Assembly (NCBI RefSeq): GCF_006345805.1
Contig: NW_021835269.1
Coordinates: 1-41,710 of the forward strand
Direction: 5' to 3'
Origin: Octopus sinensis
Taxonomy: Eukaryota
DNA length: 41,710 nucleotides
Shown here: in pieces, positions 34,038-41,710 of the stretch
How the letters are laid out: each line of letters begins with the position of its first letter
Numbering within the stretch: position 1 is the stretch's first letter
Position numbers and translations under genes: made by a program
Notes under the pieces: model-generated
The model's database searches: none
The model's input: only the letters and a program-made list of their open reading frames with translations
Told to the model about the DNA's origin: nothing

Positions 34038-34129
34038 AACTATAATGCTACATATATCTGTAAAAATGAGGTGTCAGTGATATAATGCTAGATACAGTCA
34101 AATCTACATACTTTAGTCCCTCCAACTCG

Positions 34130-34730
34130 CATGTGATACTCACTTCTTCTAGCATTCTGGTCATCCATCGTGCTGGACAATTCAAGAGTCGTTGGCATAT
34201 TACACTTATAAGATTTGATGCCCGAATGCCAAGGCGGCATCACTCCGCCACTAAGGTAACCCATATTTATCTGAGTGAACCGAGGCAATGGGAAATGAAG
34301 AACCTTGCGTAAAGACTAAATGTTCCCAGTCTGGGACTCGAACCCACACAGCCGTTCGATAGTGTGTCTAACAGCCTAGCCACTAGACCAGGAACTTTCC
34401 CTTGTACCTTTTTACTCTACTCCCTTAAAGCAACGTGTGATACTCACATTCATTGTACTGGCCCTTTCAAGGGGGCGTTTACATTTTGCACTTACAAGAT
34501 TTCAGGCCGCTAACTCAGGTGGCGCCACTCTGCCATTAACGTAACTAATTGTTAACTGAGTGACCTAAGGCAATGTGAAATAAAAAGCCTTGCTTAAGGA
34601 CGAAACGCAACGCCCGATTTGCGACCCTACACAACCATTCGATCGTATGTCCAACAGTCTAGCCACTACGCAAGAGATTTCCATAAATACCATTTTACTA
34701 AACTCTCTTACACTATCATGTGATATTTCG
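34130..34730 (-). mobile_element. Two tandem copies of an ancient tRNA-headed SINE (~300-bp period)
   Basis: Minus-strand heads tggtctagtggctagg...ggttcgagtcc (34390) and a degenerate equivalent (~34672). Shared cattgcct..gttcactcag core. Confidence 0.6.
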
Positions 34731-34904
34731 ACAACCATGAATTACTTTACGAGACAGTGATTAAATGTTACGCCCGTCCAGTGAATTATACTTCATTATT
34801 ACAACTGTATTTCTGTTTCATTTATTTAAATAACACAGACGCCGGTTGTCAAGCGATGATGGGGAACAGCGACAGACACAAAGACACACACACATAGATA
34901 TATG

Positions 34905-34993
34905 CATATCATCATCATCATCATCAACATCATCATCATCATCATCATCGTCATCATCGCCATCACCATCGCCATCATCATCATCACCATCGC

Positions 34994-35031
<38 letters not shown>

Positions 35032-35197
35032 CCATCACCATCATCACCATCACCATCATCATCGTTTGATGTCCGCCATCCATGCAGGCATGGGGTGACA
35101 GGAGCCGGCTAGGTAGAAGATGACCCCAGTTTACTGTGTTTGTTTCAGGCAGGGTATTTACGGCTGGATGCCCTCTCCTACACCAACCACTCCGCAG
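34905..35197 (-). mobile_element. 3' end of another retroposon with a (GAT)n tail
   Basis: (CAT)n 34905-35063 is continuous with cgtttgatgtccgcc...tacggctggatgccct...ccaaccac, which resembles RTE-associated SINE tails. Confidence 0.5.
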
Positions 35198-35248
<51 letters not shown>

Positions 35249-35488
35249 TGTGTGTGTGTGTGTCTGTGTGTGTGTGTGTAAAGGGTGTGGTGAGTAAACT
35301 ATCGTCTAAATTACGCAAAAATAAAAATATCACTGACACCTAATTTTAACATATATATATGTATGTATGTATATGTATGCATGTTTGTATGTATGTATAT
35401 GTATATACTTATGTATATACGCATAGGTACACATCACTTTGCATTCATGATATGCAAATACGCAAATATGTGCACATAAATACTAGTA

Positions 35489-35521
<33 letters not shown>

Positions 35522-35924
35522 ATATGAGTATGAGTAAAGTATCTGCGTCTGTATATATATATATATACATTTATATTGATAGATATATAAATAGGTACAT
35601 ACACACACACACATATATATATACACTACACACACACACACGTACATATATATATAATAAACGAATTATATTCAACAGGATGGTGGTACAGACAGTTGGT
35701 TAGCCGCAGAGACATGTCCTGTATAGAAGCCACAAAGAAAATGATAATCGTTCAATAAAATATATTTATTAATGTTTTCAGTACACTTCATCCCATTTCG
35801 AATTCAAAAGAAATTCCGATAAGATGACCGACACGACACAGCTACAGCATATTGTAACAAATATTGCTAATTATGGGTAATAAATCTGTGGGTTAAAGTG
35901 TATTCGATAGACAGCTATATACTA

Positions 35925-36130
35925 CATATGTTTCAAAAGACTCACCGACTTTATATTGTGTAATTTAAGGTACCACATAAATGTAGAGTGCTCGTTCTTT
36001 TCGTGTAGTTTTCTGTCTCTCGCTTACAAGCCCATTGTTGCAGAGTATCCGAAGAGCGAGAACTCTGAAGATCTACGTAAGCGCCTTATAGTTGCATAAA
36101 ATGCATTCGGTGAGTCTTTTGAAACATATG
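35925..36130 (+). mobile_element. Tc1-derived MITE (206 bp)
   Basis: Perfect 24-bp TIRs catatgtttcaaaagactcaccga (35925-35948 and 36107-36130) with TA on both sides. Interior encodes PKSENSEDLRKRLIVA*, resembling a Tc1 transposase N-terminus. Confidence 0.85.
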
Positions 36131-36196
36131 TATTATGTAATTACCTATTCTATTCTTTCACCAAAATATACACATATATATGTATATACATATGTT

Positions 36197-36257
<61 letters not shown>

Positions 36258-36529
36258 GTTCAACCTATTGCTTGGTCAGGTCGTCGGTGACTAGACCGGC
36301 ATTCCAACTAGACTTCTCTGATGAGCAGGGTTGCTAGAAACCCAGCAGGATTAAGAACAAGATTTATCAAAAGGACAAATGAACTTCTTGTAGGTTCAAC
36401 GACGGCTTAGCAATAATAGGGGCACCCGGGTTTGTGTCACATATACTCATAAATGTGTCTCTGTATGCATGTACGCATCTATCAGTATATACATATATAC
36501 ATATAAACATGCGTAATCATGTATGTGTA

Positions 36530-36560
<31 letters not shown>

Positions 36561-37035
36561 TGTATGTAGTCTGTATGTATGTATGTATGTATGTATGTGT
36601 TTATGTATGTATGTATGTTATGTTGTATGTATGTATGTTATGTATGTATGTATGTATGTATTATGTATGTATGTATGTATGTAGGTGTGTATGTATTATG
36701 TATGTATGTATGTATGTATTATGTGTGTATGTATGTATGTATGTATGTATGTATGTATGTATGTATGTGTGTAGGTATGTTCTGTATGTATGTATGTATG
36801 TAGTATGTATGTATGTATGTATGTATGTGTGTATGTATGTATGTATCTATGTATGTCTGTATTGTTGGTATGCATGTCTGTATGCATGTATGTATGTATG
36901 TAGTATGTATGTATGTATGTATGTATGTATGTATTATGCATGTATGTATTATGTTATGTTGTATGTATATGTGTATGTATGTTAATATGTATTTCTGGAT
37001 GTATGTATGTGTGTATGTAGTGTGTATGTATGTGT
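36530..37035. repeat. (TATG)n cryptic tetranucleotide tract
   Basis: Direct reading. Confidence 0.95.
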
Positions 37036-37064
37036 GTGCATGGGAACGTTCTTTTGGTGTTATC

Positions 37065-37330
37065 TTTCAATCATTACATGTTTCAGTCGATTGTGTGCGG
37101 TCATGCTGGGGCACCACCTTAAATATACTTTTTGTCATACTTTTTCTTAAGCCTGATACAAATTCTCTCATTCACTTTTGGCCGAACCGCTAAGTTACAG
37201 GGACGGTGTCAAATCAAAGCGCATCCAAATTTATTCAACGTAATGGATTGTGACAACCGAACAAATGATGCGCCGCCTTTAAGGCGTTGCTTTTCTCAAC
37301 TCAGGAGGCCTGAAGCTATAATTTCTATAA
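37065..37330 (-). mobile_element. Old SINE family B-like fragment
   Basis: tttcagtc...tgcggtcatgctggggcacc...gccgaaccgctaagttac. Confidence 0.6.
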
Positions 37331-37579
37331 ACAAGATTGACACATGTATGTATGCATGTGTGTACGTGTGTATGTGCCTGTGCGTGTGTGTTTGCTTATG
37401 TATGTATTTATGTATGTGTACGTGTGTAAGTATAAATACACCTGTAGTTTGCGGCGTTGTACAAATACACATAGGTATATGTGTACGTGTGTATATATTA
37501 TATACATACAGATACGTGGTGTTTCATATTTATTCATGCTTGAATAACTTCAATTATAAATCGATGCTTAATTCTCTAT

Positions 37580-37707
37580 ATATCCACATTTAATATATAT
37601 ATATATACATACAAACATGCATATATCAATTTACGTATGTATGTATACACTTTTATATGTATATATATGATTCGACTATTTGCATATATATATGATATAT
37701 ATATATA

Positions 37708-37748
<41 letters not shown>

Positions 37749-37884
37749 GATATATACACATAATATATATACTATATATTATACATATATATATACATAT
37801 ATATATATACATATATTATATACATATTTATATACACATATATATATACTATATTATATACAACATAATATATAATTTATATAC

Positions 37885-37917
<33 letters not shown>

Positions 37918-38069
37918 CACATACCATATATATATTTATATATATACAATAATATATCATACATATATATACATATATATCTACAATATATATAATTTAT
38001 ATACATATATATAATACATATATATATAATTTATATACATATATATATACATATATATATATTTATTAC

Positions 38070-38102
<33 letters not shown>

Positions 38103-38185
38103 CATATATATATACATACATAAATACCTACATACATATATATTATATATATAATATAATATATATGTATTACATATATATATAT

Positions 38186-38240
<55 letters not shown>

Positions 38241-39527
38241 TATATATATATATATATATGTATATATGTCTATATGTTATTGCGTACAAGTGAATCTGCC
38301 CTTCACAGCTTCTGTAAATCAGTGTGACAGAACCACTGCCAAGACGTCAAGTCCGCTTCGCTTGAAAAGCGATCGGAAATGTCAACACTCACAGAAGTAT
38401 TCTTGAACTTTACGTAAACATCCAACTTTACAGTTATAAACACTTCATCATACACACCATTACTCTCACTCACTCCCTCTCTCTCACTCACTCTCTCACT
38501 CTCCCTCTCACTCCATCTCATCGTCATTTCTCCCTCCTCCCCCCGCTCTTCTTTACGTTTTTTTTCCATAATGTCTTCCCTTCTATATCTCTCTTTAAAT
38601 TTAACCAGTCTTTCCTTATGTATGCCAAGCATCGTTACCTCTTCCCTCCACCATCTCCTTTCTTCCTCCTCCTCCTCCTACTCCTACTCCTTCATCTCGT
38701 CCACCTCCTCCTGCTTCCTCTTCTGCCTCTTCGTCTCCTCTTTCTCCTTATCTGAAATATACCCTCTTACTACCTAACTACCCCCAATGCAATGTGATTC
38801 TACTTCACCACTGTGTCCAAATATACCGTTGTGGCCTACCCTCCACCGCGTTAGACATAGTTCTCTTAACAACCACCGCCCTCACCACATTCACCATTCC
38901 TCACAGCTCTCATACACCCCCACCATCAAACAACCCTCAGACATTCATGTGTGCGTGTGTTATGCATTTATATATATATATATTACATATATATATATTA
39001 TAATATATATATATATACATGTATATATACATATATTATACATATATATATATATACTTATATATAATACATATATATATACATAAATGTTTTTATATAG
39101 ATATATATATATAGATATATATATATATACTTATATATAAAAATATATATATACATATATATATATTATATATATATATACATATAAACATATATACAAT
39201 ATAACATATATACAATATATAGAAATATTGATATATGTATATATGTATATTATGTATATATATATGTAATATATATATATAATATATATATAAAGAGAGA
39301 ATATAAAATACAAATATGACCTTTTATTTGATTATCTTTTTTTTTAACTTTATATTTTATTATTATATTTTATTCTGGGTTCTAACGGAAGCTTCTTAAC
39401 TTGAAGCAAATTACTTCCGGTCCACTGGACCTGGAGGAGAGTGTTTTTAAACCGATAATGTTTGACGTCATCGATATATTTGTATATATATATATATATA
39501 TATCTATATAGATTATATATATATATA

Positions 39528-39595
<68 letters not shown>

Positions 39596-39680
39596 CTATA
39601 ATATATATATTATATACATTATATTTATATACTATTTAACACGTATATATATTATGTATATAATATATATATATATATAT
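37580..39680. repeat. TA-rich tracts (37580-38270, 38960-39310, 39475-39680) and a CT-rich tract (38460-38750)
   Basis: Direct reading. Confidence 0.85.
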
Positions 39681-40478
39681 TTGTGTGTGTTGTGGTGTGT
39701 GTGGGTTGTGTGTGTGTGTGCAAAAAAATACAAACTGGGACAAGAACTAAAACATTTAGAAGACGATACAACAAACACGGACGGGACATTCGAAGCCTTC
39801 AATCTTCAGTCAAGAACCGGATTATCTTAGCAATTTCGGCTGATTAATCTTGAGATCGCTCCGATCCGGCCAGCTCCAAGGAAAAACTAAGCTACGAGCA
39901 TTAGATTTCTTGGAAGAAGGATCGAATGTATACGAAACAAGGACAGAAAAACGGACGATGCCACACGAATATAAAATACAAAAACAATAATGGTAAAAAT
40001 GGTTTTTGTTAGGCCCCAGACTAAACCTGGCAACCCATGCTGAGGACAAAATGTTGCATTTGAGTTGAAAATATTTCAAGATTCCAGTTTCATCTCTTGA
40101 ATTTTAAAATTGTTTTGAGAATCTTCTGAGAAATTATAGCATATATTATGTTAATTACCAATTTGAAATAATGGCAGAAAGTGAGAAGAGAATACGAGAG
40201 AAGGATATAAGTGTAAAAGGGAAAAGGAGGATCAAAAAAGAATTTTTTTATCAGTAAATGAAAGAAATCAATGAATACGGACGAAATTTATGTATTGAGA
40301 AAGAGAATCGCGTTTGGTAAGATCTGGTTAAACTGAAGGGAATAACTTGTATGTAAGATATAACCATAACAGTAAATATGACGGATTATCCCCGTGCAAA
40401 TAAGCGCAGGTTACTCAGCATATCTGAATTATATGAAATATTATTCTCCAATTTATATATTTTTAATTGCTATTCATA

Positions 40479-40846
40479 GGCGCAGAAGTGGTTGTGTGGT
40501 AAGTAGCTTGCTTACCAATCACATGGTTCCGGGTTCAGTCCCAATGCGTGACATCTTGGGCAAGTGTCTTCTACTAAAGCCTCAGGCCGACCAAAGCCTT
40601 GTGAGTGGATTTGGTAGACGGAAACTGAAAGAAGCCCGTCGTATATATGTATATGTATATACATGTGTGTGTGTGTTTGTGTGTCTATGTTTGTCCCCCC
40701 CCCCAACTTAGCGGTTCGGCAAAATAGACCGATAGAATAAGTACTAGGCTTACAAAGAATAAGTCCCGGGGTCGAATTGCTCGACTAAAGGCGGTGCTCC
40801 AGCATGGCCGCAGTCAAATGACTGAAACAAGTAAAAGAGTAAAGAG
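40479..40846 (+). mobile_element. SINE family B, young, with an internal deletion
   Basis: 8-bp TSD tattcata at 40471-40478 and 40847-40854. Confidence 0.9.
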
Positions 40847-41174
40847 TATTCATAATTAGTGGTTTCTTATTTATAGTAAACGCTTTAAATCGTTCAAATG
40901 TTTTAAACCGTTCTACAGGCAAAATAACTAAAATCGTTAAGACCTACTTCCCTTGTTATGTAATACATCGAATAAAAATATTTTATTAATGAAGTTATTT
41001 ATCCGAAGATAACGTACACGTACAGTGCCTTTTGTAAGACTGATGGAGTTTCTGCAGTTATTGTTGCTGAGCTTGTAGTGGGAATATTCGCACTGATGAG
41101 TATTTTTCTAGGGAATTTAATTGAATAAACTTTTGATTATTTAATGTGCATGATAATTTTTTTCATTCTTGCGT

Positions 41175-41710
41175 CTATAATGCAATATGATAATGAAATT
41201 ATTGTATGCAGTGCTCAGGTGCACCACAACTTGTCAAAAGTGCATATAAAGAATATGCAGTAATGTACAAATGCCTGGAAAGTGAACAGTGTATGAGTCA
41301 GATACATACTTGCGTGTGTATGGAGGGCAGAAAATCAGGTGTAGCGTTGGCGAATCTCAGGAAGCATGGAAGTTTTGAAGGATGCAGTGCTCCGACAACT
41401 AACAACTGATGCCGGCAGTTTGTTCCATACTTAAGCAACTCTTAGCGTGAAAAAATGTTTCCAAAGTCATGGGAGCTGTGCTGTTTTCTGACTTGTAAAC
41501 ATGTCCACGGGTGTTAGACAGGTGGAGTTGAAAAGAGGCTCAGAGTTATTGTTTGTAAGATGGTTAATAGTTTTAGGGTGTCTTCCAAGTCAGCTGCCAG
41601 ACGTCGGAATTTAAATGTATCAATGCCCAGGGAAGTAAGGCATTCAGATATGGCAAATGCTTGATGGAGGGTATTCTCTTGGTTGCACGTCGCTGAACGG
41701 TTTCCAGGCG
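41175..41710 (-). pseudogene. 3' end of a CR1-type LINE (ORF2 C-terminus plus 3'UTR), running off the window
   Basis: RLETVQRRATKRIP...FRRLAADL...SNTRGHVYK...HFFTLRVA*VWNKLPASVV...ASFK with frameshifts. Stop at 41335-41337. Confidence 0.85.

Noticed and set aside
38303-38632. 109-aa minus-strand ORF and a possible plus-strand exon (cccttcacag acceptor)
   Set aside because: Half of the ORF is GA-repeat translation. The plus-strand candidate has stops in all three frames, and there is no recognisable domain.
41093-41099. CTGATGA hammerhead-core heptamer
   Set aside because: No stem II or GAAA follows.

Overview
This is repeat-saturated, AT-rich eukaryotic non-coding DNA, most likely intergenic or intronic octopus (Octopus sp.) sequence. 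The species call is inferred from the tRNA-derived SINE families and the microsatellite load. I cannot support any intact host gene, rRNA, functional tRNA or CRISPR array, and almost all ORFs in the supplied track are microsatellite read-through or antisense to repeats. Three young tRNA-headed SINE groups are present, labelled here A (tails A1/A2/A3), B and C, probably the octopus OR1/OR2/OK-type families (names tentative), many with clean TSDs. Also present: a tandem non-autonomous Helitron pair; decayed LINE fragments (R4/Dong-like, CRE-like, RTE, L1/Tx1, CR1); a SINE-interrupted mariner transposase; a Tc1-derived MITE; a decayed tRNA-Asp-like sequence; and kb-scale simple repeats. The most interesting signal is an RNA-structure layer. 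There is one hammerhead ribozyme motif with a canonical core (26844-26898, minus) and four Penelope-type minimal hammerhead-like motifs, three of them sharing a non-canonical A6U core. A short RTE-derived retroposon (two copies, one with a 14-bp TSD) begins exactly at a structured, partly HDV-like fold. Family C SINEs also recur as head-to-tail multimers with an identical junction.
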